From NCBI GenBank assembly GCA_002269645.1, contig NIVC01002662.1, forward strand, positions 87,468-151,467: 64,000 nt of DNA, read 5' to 3'. This document shows positions 10,201-21,300 of the stretch, in pieces (within the stretch, counting starts at the first letter, position 1; each line of letters begins with the position of its first letter). The position numbers and the translations under genes are program-made. The notes below the pieces were generated by a model that made no database searches, was not told the origin of the DNA, and was given only the letters and a program-made list of their open reading frames with translations. The stretch comes from Macrostomum lignano. Taxonomy: Eukaryota.

Positions 10201-11386
10201 CAGGCTGGTCAACACAAAGCCAGTACCCGTCATTCCCCGCTGCCGACAACGCGAATTTGTCGACGAGATTCACAACGTCGGCCACCTGGGCGAAGTCAAG
10301 ACGCTGGCCAGCCTAAAGACGCGTTGCTACTGGCCAAAAATGTCGGAGAGCGTCCGGTTGGCCGTTCGGTCATGCCAGGTTTGCCAGCGGGCAAAGACTC
10401 CGGTTATCAAGCGGGCGCCGCTACAGTCCATCACTGCAGGGTTTCCAATGCAGCGTGTCGGGTTCGACATTGTCAAGGTCGGCGCTTCCAGAAACGGCAA
10501 CGATCGGATCCTGAGCATCGTCGACTACTTCAGCAAGTGGACGGAGCTGGTGCCGATTCCGGACGAGAAGGCGACGACAATTGCCAAGGCCCTCTTCAAC
10601 AACTGGATCTCCAGGTGGGGTGCTCCGCATATTCTCCACTCCGACCGCGGCAAGAGCATCGATGGCCGCATCATTCGCAGTCTCTGTACACTTTTGGAGG
10701 TCGACAAGACTCGGACGTCGGGTTATCATCCTCAATGTGACGGCCTCGTGGAGAGATTTCATCGGACACTCCATCAGATGTTGCGCTGCCACCTTCAAAC
10801 TGTCGATCCGCTGGACTGGGAGGATGCCCTGCCGTACTGTCTCCTAGCCTATCGAAGCAGCATCAGCGCGACGACCGGATTTTCCCCACATTTCCTGATG
10901 ACGGGCCGGGAGGTGGTTCTGCCATTGGACGTTGTCTATCGGTCCCCAGAGCCTCCATCCGTCGTCGGCCAGTACGCAGTAGAGACCATTCAACGACTGC
11001 AGGACGCCTTTGACGCTGTGCGGAGGTCAACTGGCGCGGCTCAACGACGGCAGAAGCGGTACTACGATCTGAAAGCCCAGAAGCGCAAGTTTCGCACCGG
11101 CGATCTAGTGTGGCTGTTCGTTCCGCCTGCTGTGCTGTCCAGGACCAACTGTCTGCCTCCGAAGCATCAATCACCGTGGACAGGCCCATTTAAAGTCATG
11201 CGCAAGACATCACCTGTCAACTACTTGGTGCGGCCGATCAATTACACGGACGGGGAGATCAAGGGGCGCGTCGTGCATGTCAACAAGTTGAAGCGAGCGT
11301 GTCTGCAACGGACCCAGTCTGCTCAGCGTGCTGATCAGGACGCCAGTAGTGACGATGAAGGGCAACTTGTTGACGCTGAGGACTGA
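7151..11386 (+). CDS. Gypsy Pol polyprotein (protease, RT, RNase H, integrase), -1 frame relative to gag
   Basis: Protease LIDTGAEVSCI; RT WASPIVLVRKKDG, FIDD; RNase H TDASDCAIGAVLSQ; integrase HHCC (HNVGH...CQVC), catalytic D-D-E (FDIV, HSDRG, GLVERF) and C-terminal GPF motif. No stops in 1411 codons. Confidence 0.96.
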   Translation: MPKRRGGWFARPAPALSALTHSASTPRLSSCQPGQVRFVTARILRRRRHCLIDTGAEVSCISDDICKKARRRLQPSSIIIRGVDGNLQSVLGETTLAVTLGTVQVHHRFVVLEKLHPTSVILGCDFLSEHDVSVHLQAGCITFNSLGVSIPARKSKEAAQTCKLVSAASVQLQPGERWIIPVKPAKSASWTRSECPGVVTGTRSQGLLVGRCVAKLVERGMGLAVINVDDHTVNISDGDIVGIFSPLGSQPFVQQSGAAGSTAATAAGSTAATATGSTAATATGSTAATAAGSTAATAAGSTAATATGSTAATATGSTAATAAGSTAATAAGSTAATAAGSTAATAAGSTAATAAGSTAATVAVSTATSTTALATDLPRTNWLNDVHIESSISVEEQQSVKDLLLEFSTVFASPGNAGRTAVLQHRIDTGGARPIRQGLRRAARPVIDKQAELIDDMLTKGVIRPSSSPWASPIVLVRKKDGTARFCLDYRLLNEVTKPDAFPIPRIDDTLDALQGNAYFSALDLESGYWQVEVEERDKEKTAFICHQGLFEFNVMPFGLRNAPATFQRLMQLVLQGLTWQACLVFIDDVIVMGRTIEEHNYRLRAVFERLRDANLRLKPSKCHFANTTMIVLGHRVSKSGITVDESKTAAIRDWPTPRTSKEVKSFLGLAAYYRRFIRDYSKIAEPLRRLTVPTERFQWTSKAQEAFDQLKATLTSAPILAFPDTSATSSEFILDTDASDCAIGAVLSQLQAGEERVIAYSSRALTKAERNYCVTRRELLSVVEHVRKFRNYLLPRKFTVRVDHQSLTHLLTFKEPEGQLARWLQTLDEFDFRVLYRPGRQHNNADALSRQQQRCTNQCRVCRPTNETTSRTTSSVACQTDANSDAAAAAQINAATIKLVSTATDEAVQTDNVHVCVGTVPSRRKQIHQPRSDDSEESSSSEDDTNEDESAAPAADNRPPTLRMLQLQDPVISPVFRLLADGKTRFTDRQRDRVPPESLVLAQKVHDLCFVNGTLHRLVNTKPVPVIPRCRQREFVDEIHNVGHLGEVKTLASLKTRCYWPKMSESVRLAVRSCQVCQRAKTPVIKRAPLQSITAGFPMQRVGFDIVKVGASRNGNDRILSIVDYFSKWTELVPIPDEKATTIAKALFNNWISRWGAPHILHSDRGKSIDGRIIRSLCTLLEVDKTRTSGYHPQCDGLVERFHRTLHQMLRCHLQTVDPLDWEDALPYCLLAYRSSISATTGFSPHFLMTGREVVLPLDVVYRSPEPPSVVGQYAVETIQRLQDAFDAVRRSTGAAQRRQKRYYDLKAQKRKFRTGDLVWLFVPPAVLSRTNCLPPKHQSPWTGPFKVMRKTSPVNYLVRPINYTDGEIKGRVVHVNKLKRACLQRTQSAQRADQDASSDDEGQLVDAED
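7154..7200 (+). promoter_or_regulatory. Predicted -1 programmed ribosomal frameshift signal (gag-pol)
   Basis: Heptamer C CCA AAC (7154-7160) is in gag codon phase (X XXY YYZ), followed by a GC-rich stem (GAGGG/CCCTC and GCTGG/CCAGC) at 7164-7198. Confidence 0.7.
7921..8234 (+). repeat. In-frame 24-bp tandem repeat (13 copies) inside pol encoding (A[A/T]GSTAAT)n
   Basis: Unit GC(C)GCTGGCAGCACGGCGGCGACG with a single A/G variant site; lies between the protease region and RT. Confidence 0.95.
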
Positions 11387-11628
11387 CTAACGCACGTTGA
11401 GGACTGACTGACTGGTTGTAGCCAGCAGTTTTGCTTTATAGGTCGTAGGTCTAGAACTTTTTAATAGCGTCTATCTATTAGCTTAGTAATCCTGATTTAG
11501 ATTTAATTGTTCGAAACCCGGTTATCTCGAATTGTTCTATTTGCTACAGCTGGTTCTGTTCTTCCCTATTGGAGTAGCTTTCATCTGTCGTTTCCACCCC
11601 TTGGGTTTAATGAGGACATTAAACTGTT

Positions 11629-11638
11629 GAAAGGGGAG
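11629..11638 (+). promoter_or_regulatory. Polypurine tract
   Basis: GAAAGGGGAG 4 nt before the 3' LTR. Confidence 0.8.
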
Positions 11639-11642
11639 CTTT

Positions 11643-11979
11643 TGTAATAGTGCTCAATTTGCGTGCGCGTGCACTTCTAGTGTTTTCTCCGTATTTCTTT
11701 CTGCGTCACCCCACCCCTGCGTATAGCCTTTTCTAGAAATTTCTTTTTGTTTCTGATTGGCTGAAAACGCGTGAATAACGAGCCCCAACCAATAGAGTGC
11801 TTAGTGCCTACCCTATCGACGAAATCCGATTGGTTAGGATTTTCTAAGCTGCGTTTTTCACCCTGCCCTCCCCCATCGCGGTCAGTCTATTTAATCAAGC
11901 AAGCTGGAACGCAAATAAATCAAGTTTTTCTCTGACTAAAGAAGTCCCGGCAGTTCAAACTCAAGAATACGCGGCTACA
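11643..11979 (+). repeat. 3' LTR of Gypsy element
   Basis: Identical copy of 5723-6059, followed by TSD GTGT. Confidence 0.95.
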
Positions 11980-12254
11980 GTGTTGTCACTAACTGATATA
12001 ATTATTATTTAATTAAAAGGCATCAGCCATCACTAAGTACCTTCCTGATTTCCCTAGCCTGCCCTCTCTCTTCAGTCAAGTTAAGATCGTTTTGTATAGG
12101 CCTAGGCTTCACAATTTTCTAAATTTGGCCTACTGGGCTTAATTGTGCCTCTATATCTATAACAAACTTGTTTTATAGGCCTAAAACTAATTTAACAAGG
12201 CCTTAAATATTATTATATCTTTGACTTTGTCTAGACTAGAGGCCTAAATTGAAT

Positions 12255-12326
12255 ATGAATCTACCTCTATTTACTGGTGAATATCGAAGAAAACCAGTCC
12301 AGTCCCTTGGTGGAGCTTCAAAATCA
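12255..12326 (+). CDS. UBE3C: UBE3C exon 1
   Basis: ATG AAT CTA... reads MNLPLFTGEYRRKPVQSLGGASKS, then donor GTAAGT at 12327; matches the recalled UBE3C N-terminus MFSFEGDFKTRPKVSLGGASRK. Too short to appear in the ORF track. Confidence 0.85.
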
Positions 12327-15300
12327 GTAAGTAAACTTTATAACATGGATTTTTTTAATTAGGCTAACTTATTTTAAATATAGGCATAGCTTAGTGTTTT
12401 CCTAAAATGAAATTTTTGTACAAAATCCTAGACACATTCTATGCATGCTTACAAAAACTTGCACATTTAGTATGCATATTTCTGGCAAACTTGTGCAACT
12501 CTAAAAGGTTTATGTGTATGTAGCTTTTATTTGTTCAAAAATATATGATTTCATTTGAAAATATTTGCAATTCAAAAGGCAATATGTATGCTAGGATAGT
12601 AACAGGCATTTTAATAAGAGCCACTTCAGTAACAAGTAAGAATAATATAGTATGTATTAATTGATATGCTCTGAAAGAATGTATGAACAAACTTTAAAGA
12701 AAGAATAACAAAACACATGCGTACCTGCATATGTTTAACTCTTTTAACAGTGTTTAACCAATCTATTTTAATTTCCAGATGAGTCAGAAACATGCACCCA
12801 AGACATCCTATAATTGACCAAATATTGTACATTGTATACATTAAAATCTCTAATCTAGTTAGCAAATAGCAACTTAAAAGTACATAATCTACTTTTTTGT
12901 TCATTAATTAAAAGTTTCAATTTTAATCAATGCGTAGTATATACAAGCTTGAGCTTTGCTTAATTTTTTGCCTTCAATTTTTTTACAAAGTTAACACACA
13001 ATTTTAAACCAATTATAATACAGTTAAACCCAAAAGTTTAATTGTATTTATATGGCAATAAGATATTTGAAAAGTTTATTTTTAAACTAGTTATTGCTAA
13101 ACCTAATTATCATAAAGTGTTGAAAGTTGTAAATCTGCTTTGTTATTAAAGTGGCTATTACCAAAGTAGTCATTTTTTGTTACCAAAGTGGCTTTTACTG
13201 AAATATCTGTTACCAAAGTAGATTGTATTCATGCTGGGATTTCCCAGTGTACAGCCTATAGTCCAGATTATGCCAGATCAGAGGGTCACAGTGCAACTCT
13301 TAGTACTTCTCTCTGGATTTCTCTCCAACTTTCTCTCTTAGCAAATATTTCCAAACTGCTCTTCAACTTTGAAAAATGAATAACTCTTTAACTCGAAAGC
13401 TCTAAGAATGTATAGGTTGAACTACTAAATAAGTTGCTTGCAAACAGTTGCTCACAGAAGACAGATAGCCAGTTGAGTTTATTTGACAGTGGTTTTGCTC
13501 TTATATATACATAAATTTTCCTGATACAAATATAACAATTTATTTTGTGCATTAAAACAAAAAGTATCTAGTATTTTGTGCAGATTTAGTTTCCTAGAAA
13601 ACATACAATATTCAAGCACTATTACAAATGCATTAATTCATAGAGCCCTACTACGTCTTCTCTATACTAATAAAAAGTAATAAAAATATTTTTAGAATTT
13701 TTTTTCAGAACAACAGAGCATATAGCATATTATGAGCATTGATAGAACCACTTGTATTATGATAGGTCTATTTAAAACACAAGCATAATATCAGTGTTGG
13801 ACACAATACTTTAAAAATTATCATTTTAAAGCAATACTCTGATACCAATACTCTAAAAGGTATTGGCGATATTTGTTGGTCCAATACCAAAATTTGAGTA
13901 TTGCGCGATACTTTATTCTAATACTTAGTCCAATGTATCATTTTTTGCATTTTCTCACTTTTCTGCATCTATCAAGCCAAAAATGAAGAAAAAGCTCTTA
14001 GCTACTTAATTTAAGCCTTAATTTATTCTTTAACTTAAGCCAGGAATAGTATAGTATAGTTTGAATTGAATGATAGGATAGGATAGTTGCTAGTACAATT
14101 AAAAACTCACTAGTCACTACCAGTACCACTAGGCCCTAAGTAAATTTAAAGTTTATAAATATAAAGTATTAAAGTCTTATAAGTTATAATAGAAGGCCTA
14201 CAACTTAAGAAAAAAATTCAGAAATAAATTCAGGCAGTAGTTTTAGTTGTAGTTATTACTAACTTAACTAACTAGTTAGTCATAGCCAAAGTCATTGACT
14301 CATCAGTCTAATGTCTAATATTTTTATATGTAGTTGTAGAATAAAATTGATCAAAATTGAAATTTAAAAGTGTTTATATAATAAATAATAAGTAAATTAT
14401 GTGATTAGCATATTTTTTAATTATCTTTTTGTATTTAAATGTATTGGATTATCAGACTTAAGAAAATGTATTGGCAATACCAAGGTCCAATACTGAGAAA
14501 AAAAGTAACAAGGTCTGATACTCAAATGGTATTGGCAATACTAATGGGGTATCGGAGTATTGGACCTGTGCCCAACATTGCATAATATGTATAATGCAAA
14601 AATTATTACTAATAATTACACAATAGATAAATTGTTGGTTTGGCATACAAAGTATTTATTTAATTTTCATTATTTAAATAGTTGGTAGAACAGTTCTAGT
14701 AGGCCATGGCCTAACCATCCATACCCTGTTGTTAATTGCTACTTGTTCATCATTGGCCAAGGCATCAGCATCTCACAATCAGTGATATAATTTGGTATTG
14801 ATATTGAGTATTATTGACCAACAAACTTAGCAATGTTTCAGAATTGTAAGCCTTGAAATATGCCTTGGTAGTTGATTTTGGTAAGATAGGTACACTATAG
14901 CCATGAGCCATCAACTCTAGCTATTAGGTCAGCTTGGAATAAGAAAAATGTAGTATTTTTAATTAGCATCAATCAAATACACTTAATAGTGATATCATTG
15001 CCATTTATTCCAGTTACTTTATCACCTGAGCTTAAAAGACTTGATAGAATTGCCTATGGCCATTTTTCAATTGCCAAAGTAACTGAGTTAAATGAGGCCA
15101 AATGTTCTAAGATTGTGGCAGTTGAATTAGCACACATAGGACTATAGATGCTCTTATCAATAATATGTCAGTAGCTTACATTGCTTGTATTGCATAGTAG
15201 ACTTTCTAGTTTCAGCTGCTCTAAATGCCGCAGTTAACTTTGAAACTAAAAATTTAAAAAGTTTAAGCTTTCAAAATTTTGATATTTGCTATGCAATATA

Positions 15301-18300
15301 TAAGCTTATATTACTTGTATATAATATTAATACCACAGCTAATTTGCTAATTTGCTAATTTGCTAATTAATCTTTAATTATTAATGTATAACCATTGAAT
15401 GTTTAAAAAACTGGCTCTATCATATATTAGGTATACATGTACAAGGGGTGTCCAAAAAGTGGTGATACTTTTGCTCGTATAGCTTTACTGTATACTTGAA
15501 AATAGTTTGGTGTTGTTGGAGGGCGGAACATGTCAGCTTTAATTTGACTACAAACATTTAACAAAAAACACAACCTATAACAAAGTTATGGATAGAAACA
15601 CACAACAAGGTCGACCATAGAGTTACAATGAATTTGTGCATGGTGCAACAGGTCAAGAAGTTACAACAGTTAGTATGCCTCATCATCATCAGGGAGGGAA
15701 GCTTTCTCGACATAATTGCCCATCAATTGCACGCACTTCTCCCAGCGACAAAACAAGCAATAAATCACATCTGCATAGATCTGTCGTGGAACCACATGCA
15801 GAAGTACTCTGCGGACTTCCTGTTCCAGATGATCACGGTTGGCATGTGGACATGGCCCCTCAGGTGGCGCTTCAATTGAGGGAAAAGGGCAAAATCCGCA
15901 GGTGCCAGATCTGGCGAATTTGGCGGATGAGGCAGAAGGTCAAACTTTAGCTTTTTGATGGCCTCCATTGTTTGGCCAGCAGTATGCGACTGGGCATTGT
16001 CATGATGCAAGATGATTGGCTTGACTCCTGAGCACCGCTTGTTTTGGATGTCTTGCAAGGCTTGCAAGGAGAGATGAATAACGGTCTGTGTTGATCGTTG
16101 TATTCGGCTCCAGGAAGTCAATGGTAATTGGGCCATTACAGTCAAAGAAAACTGACAGCATGATTTTCTTATAGTGAGTTTCATGGCGAGCCTTGAGTGG
16201 TGGGTCAGAACCCTTGAGTGCCCACACTTTAGACTCTTGCTTTATTGACGGGTCAAAATGTGGAACCCACGTCTCGTCGCCAGTAACAATCAACTGGCAG
16301 AACTGATTCCAGCCACCGCGTTGACTCACCAGATTCAAGTTGCTTTGGCATGTCTGCTGGCGCTGCAGTCGCATATTAGCAGTGAGGAGCTTTGGGACTC
16401 AGCGGGCGCTTAGCTTAGCAAAGTTCATGTTGGTCAGGCAGAGATGGACTGTTGATCGTGGGTTGTCGAGTCTGTCAGCAATCTCACAAATTGTCAATCT
16501 GCAGTCTTCTTCCAGAAGATCAAGAATCTGGTCAGCCAAAGCCTTTAAGCTTTGTGCGGATGGCCTTCCTGACCTTGGCAAGTCAGCCAAATTTGTTCTT
16601 CCTGACTCAAATTGCTCGACCCATCGGTACACCGTCATGCAACTTACTGCTTCGGCTCCATGAATGCTTCACAGATGATGGTAAATCTCCTGTCCACTTT
16701 TTCCGATACTCCATAGGGTGTGAATTGCGTGTCGCTGTCCTTCCTTTGAGTGCACATCCATAACTGTCAGCTGAACAAAATCTGGTCTTGAAAAAGCAAG
16801 CGCTTGAGAAAGAAGAATGAAGCAAGCTGGCAGTGCAAAGAAGACTTAGCCATAATTTTACCACAGACAAAACAGCACCACTCGAACGCTTATAAAATGC
16901 TCGTAACAGAGAATATTGAGCGCTCAATATTCTCTGGCTGCTCGATATTCTCCGGCTCGTAAAAACTCAGCAAGATCTACCATACAGTTTTTTTTGTAAG
17001 CCTATGGGCCATCCTTGCTCAAATAGACAGTGATAACTTTCTTTAAAAACAACATACAAGGTTGATTTTTCAGTCAAATTAAAGCTGATGTTTTCCGCTT
17101 TTCAACAGCACCAAACTTGCTGATTTTCAAGCATGCAGTAAAGCTATACAAGCAAAAGTATCACTGCTTTTTGGACACCCCTCGTACATATTACATGTTA
17201 AATATAAAGTAAGAATACTAAAAATTGATACAAGTCCTCAAAATAAGCTATAAAAGTATGCAAATCAATTACACTTAAATAATTATTTAAAACCTATTTA
17301 AAACTTTATATTATAGTTTTATTGTAATATAATAAATCAACTAATAGTAGGATATAATTAAAACTTTGTTATTTATCAAGCTAATATCAAGGTAAAGGGC
17401 CATTTACTAATCTTAATTATATATTTGCCTTCTTAGGCTAAAGCCATTAGATTAGTAACATACCTGGCCAACCCAGCCAATTCAGCCAGGTGGCAAGAGG
17501 TCTGGCCAAGGTAAGTCACAAAAACAACAACCCAAAAAATACAGATTTAGTACTTATTAGATGACGAGGAATTAGCCCTAATAATATAGTTATAGTTACT
17601 CCTACCATTTACCCAAAATTATGTTAATTTTTGCTTTAGGGTTTCTTTTATAGGTAAGTCACATTTTTGGTCAAAAAGTAAGTTGCATGGCTGGTTGAAA
17701 TTTCGAAGTTGGGCATGAATGGTTAGTAATCTTAAGAAATAAATTTGCTAAGTAAACACTTTTTATAGTTATTTATATATAGCTTCTTAATTATTTGCAT
17801 GTTATTTTATTGACATGATTTTTGCTAGCATATCAAATTTCAACTCAATATTTGCTCTGTCTTCTTTATAAATAACTTATGACCAAACCTCACTTTAAGC
17901 CTCTGACTTGAAATGGAGAAGTTCAGCTCAGACAGTATGTGTTTTTATATTAATGCAAGTTCAACATGGAAAAAATATGACAAAAATCTATTGTGACTTA
18001 GCACAGGTTGTAAGTGACTAAGCATTACTAGTACTAGTAGAAGCTGCCTCAGAAACGACCCTTGATCTAGAAGGTCCAACTCTGCTATGCCCAAGAATGC
18101 TTAGTGCTTTTTTAGAATATTGGGTCCTATTGCTATTGTTATAGTGCCCAAAGGTCAAAATATGAATGCTAGCTTCTATAGCACTGCCTTGCCTTCTATT
18201 GTTGATTCCTTCTGAGAGAAATGGCCTAGTAGTACTCTGGCCTAGTTGCTGCTGCATTCATTGGCTAGTCCTTATCTGGGATTTGTGTCACCAATGTTGG

Positions 18301-21300
18301 CACCACAGCCTGCAACTGCTGGATCCGCTCAATAGGGGTGCTCACTATGTGCAAGGTTCTTGAGGTGCATGGCTAAACCTTATGCTTCATTGGTGGCTAA
18401 GTGGCCATGCTTCTGGATGGTGCCTGTTTGGCCTCCTGGCCGTCCTGGGCCACCTTTGCCTTGAGTTGGCGGTTGAGGTGTTCCTGTGCCAATGGCCTTG
18501 TGTTGTGGGCCTGTTTTGCTATTTCACTAGTGATTTTATCCATGTTTAGACACTGGACATTGGCTGTACTTATGCCCTTCTGGGTGCAGATATGGCAAAC
18601 TTCTGTTTTGGCCTGCGCGAGTATGGCATGAAGCAGCTCAAATTTCTTTGTGGCATACCATAACTCACTGTCCCAATCGTCGGGAAGTGCTAGCAGGTTG
18701 GTTATCCTGTTAGAAAGGAAAGCTACTAGAGTTCTTAAAGGCACCCAAAGGAGGTGGACCCTTGCAAATTTAATTGGATAATAAAATTCAATCTGCTTAT
18801 TTAGACTTAACCTACTTTAACTACATTTAATGGAAGCTGTTAGAATAATAGAATTTACATATACACTCATCTGTCAATCATATAGATGATTGATAGAATA
18901 TCTTTGTTAAAGTAGTATGTGTCTAATACAGTAATTAAAGTATATTATGCTAAAAACAACTAAGAAAAGTCTCTTGTTAATCATTATTAAGAAGTTTTGC
19001 ATGAACTTAAATAGTGAAATAACTTTGTAACCTCCCTGCAATCTGATGCGTGCCTGCTCAGGGGAGTCAGTGGAATGAGCAGTAAGGCCTCTTGCCAGTT
19101 GTGGGACAATGTCGCTTAAAGTGCGCCAAGGTTGCACGCAGCCCCTTGCGTCTAATATAAAAAAACAAGATATGACATCAACAGCATTGGCTAAAAAAGT
19201 AAAAGAACTGCATATAATCACACTTATAGTGGGTCTTTTTTTAGTGGATGATATCATAGGGTAGATGAAATCTTGTCTCTACTAATGACAGTAGCATGGC
19301 ACGGACGTGTCTTAACACTCGTAGATTTATTGTTTTTTTATATAAAAAAATCGTCTAGCAAACAATAAATCGGTTCTTTTTCGCAGCTGTTGCCGCAATG
19401 AATTCAGCAATCAGTCTGCAAACCTGCAAAGCTTTTACTTTGACGACAAGTTTGGTAATCTTATTTCTGAGAGGGGAGGAGGAGGCACTGGGCATAGTTT
19501 TTTTCGGCTTGAAATTTGTTTTGGACAGTCAGAAAATTTATTTCCCCCAACGTGGTGCTCCCTCTGTCCTGTCTGAGAACACGGCTCACCTTTTCGTCCC
19601 TGAGCAAAGGCTTGTATTTTTCTGTTATTTACACACGCCGGCACATGGTATGCAAATCCTGCAGTGCAGAAAACACTGCATATAGGCTGACTTCCTTCTC
19701 TTGATTTTGGTGACTGACTGAGTAAGTTTGTACGCAATTGTAGCATGTGTGCGTTACCCTACCCTGCCCTAATCCCTCAATGTGCTGCTTTAAATATTCT
19801 AGCAGAAAATCAGAACTGAACTTCTGTTGCTTAAAGCTTAAAATAAATTTCATTCTCACATTGCTGTCCTTGGCCTAATTCATACCTAGTGTAAGATAAC
19901 GTTATGTACGGAGGTTACGTTACCGATTTTAAAGGTCTACCCGCCTATGACGATGTAAGAATTCTTTAGATGCATAGGCTAGGATATTTTATGATTGATT
20001 TTTTGTAAAATAATCTTTTTCTTGTGTTATTTGAAATTCTAATTTAATTATTTCTTAATTTAACAGGACACAAAGAATGACTTGCTGGAGAAGAGTCGGA
20101 AACAACGACTTCTTAGAGAGGTGAGGTTTGTTGAGTTGATTTTCGATACATATCGGTAACGACTAACTTATTCATTAAATGGAGCTAAGAAACTAAATAA
20201 AACAATTTATAGTGGTCCTTAAGCACTTCATACTACAGCAATTTGTAGTGGTCCTTGAGCACTCCATACTAGAGCAATTTGTAGTGGTCCTTGAGCACTC
20301 CATACTAGAGCACTTTTTAGGTGTCCTTGAGCACTCCATACTAGAGCAGCTTGTAGTGGTCCTTGAGCACTCCATACTAGAGCAATTTGTAGTGGTCCTT
20401 GAGCACTCCATACTACAGCAATTTGTAGTGGTCCTTGAGCACTCCATACTAGAGCAGCTTGTAGTGGTCCTTGAGCACTCCATACTAGAGCAGCTTGTAG
20501 TGGTCCTTGAGCACTCCATACTACAGCAATTTGTAGTGGTCCTTGAGCACTCCATACTACAGCAATTTGTAGTGGTCCTTGAGCACTCCATACTAGAGCA
20601 ATTTGTAGTGGTCCTTGAGCACTCCCTACTAGAGCACTTTTTAGGTGTCCTTGAGCACTCCATACTAGAGCAGCTTGTAGTGGTCCTTGAGCACTCCATA
20701 CTAGAGCAGCTTGTAGTGGTCCTTGAGCACTCCATACTAGAGCAGCTTGTAGTGGTCCTTGAGCACTCCATACTACAGCAATTTGTAGTGGTCCTTGAGC
20801 ACTCCATACTAGAGCAGCTTGTAGTGGTCCTTGAGCACTCCATACTATATCATTTTGGGGGGAATTTCGGATTGCAGCACCGCCGCCAAGAGGAGGAAGC
20901 GGCCACCAGAATCCAAGCTTTCTACCGTGGCAGCCAGAGCCGTCGACTCACTCAAAATCTCACTCGACAACGATTTGATGAACTCGCCGCGGCCGCTGCC
21001 AGCGTTCTGGACAACAGCAGCGGCGATGCCGGAGTCAGGGACAACTTTCTGCTGCTGGCTAAGTGCCTGAATAATTTTTATTTGCCTCATCTGGATGGCG
21101 ATAGGATTGTGAGTATCTTGATTGCTGCTTGTGACCTGTTTCTCACTGCGGTGTCACCTGTGATCACCGGTTTCTCACTGTGGTGTCACCTGTGTGATCA
21201 CCGGTTTCTCACCGCGGTGTCACCTGTGATCACCGGTTTCTCACTGTGGTGTTACCCCTGTGGGATCACCGGTTTCTCACTGCGGTGTCACCTGTGTGAT

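Larger units (their letters stand above)
5723..11979 (+). mobile_element. Full-length intact Ty3/Gypsy LTR retrotransposon
   Basis: TG...CA LTRs at 5723-6059 and 11643-11979 (337 bp each, no difference found by eye); 4-bp TSD GTGT (5719-5722, 11980-11983); PBS, PPT, and uninterrupted gag and pol with PR-RT-RH-IN order. Confidence 0.97.

Noticed and set aside
7495-11189. Many overlapping or antisense ORFs within pol, including Ala-rich antifreeze-like and Arg-rich repeats
   Set aside because: Shadows of a GC-rich coding frame and of the 24-bp repeat; no independent motifs.
19398-19859. Short ORFs and splice-like sites suggesting a nested gene in UBE3C intron 1
   Set aside because: No recognisable motifs and no consistent multi-exon phase could be built.
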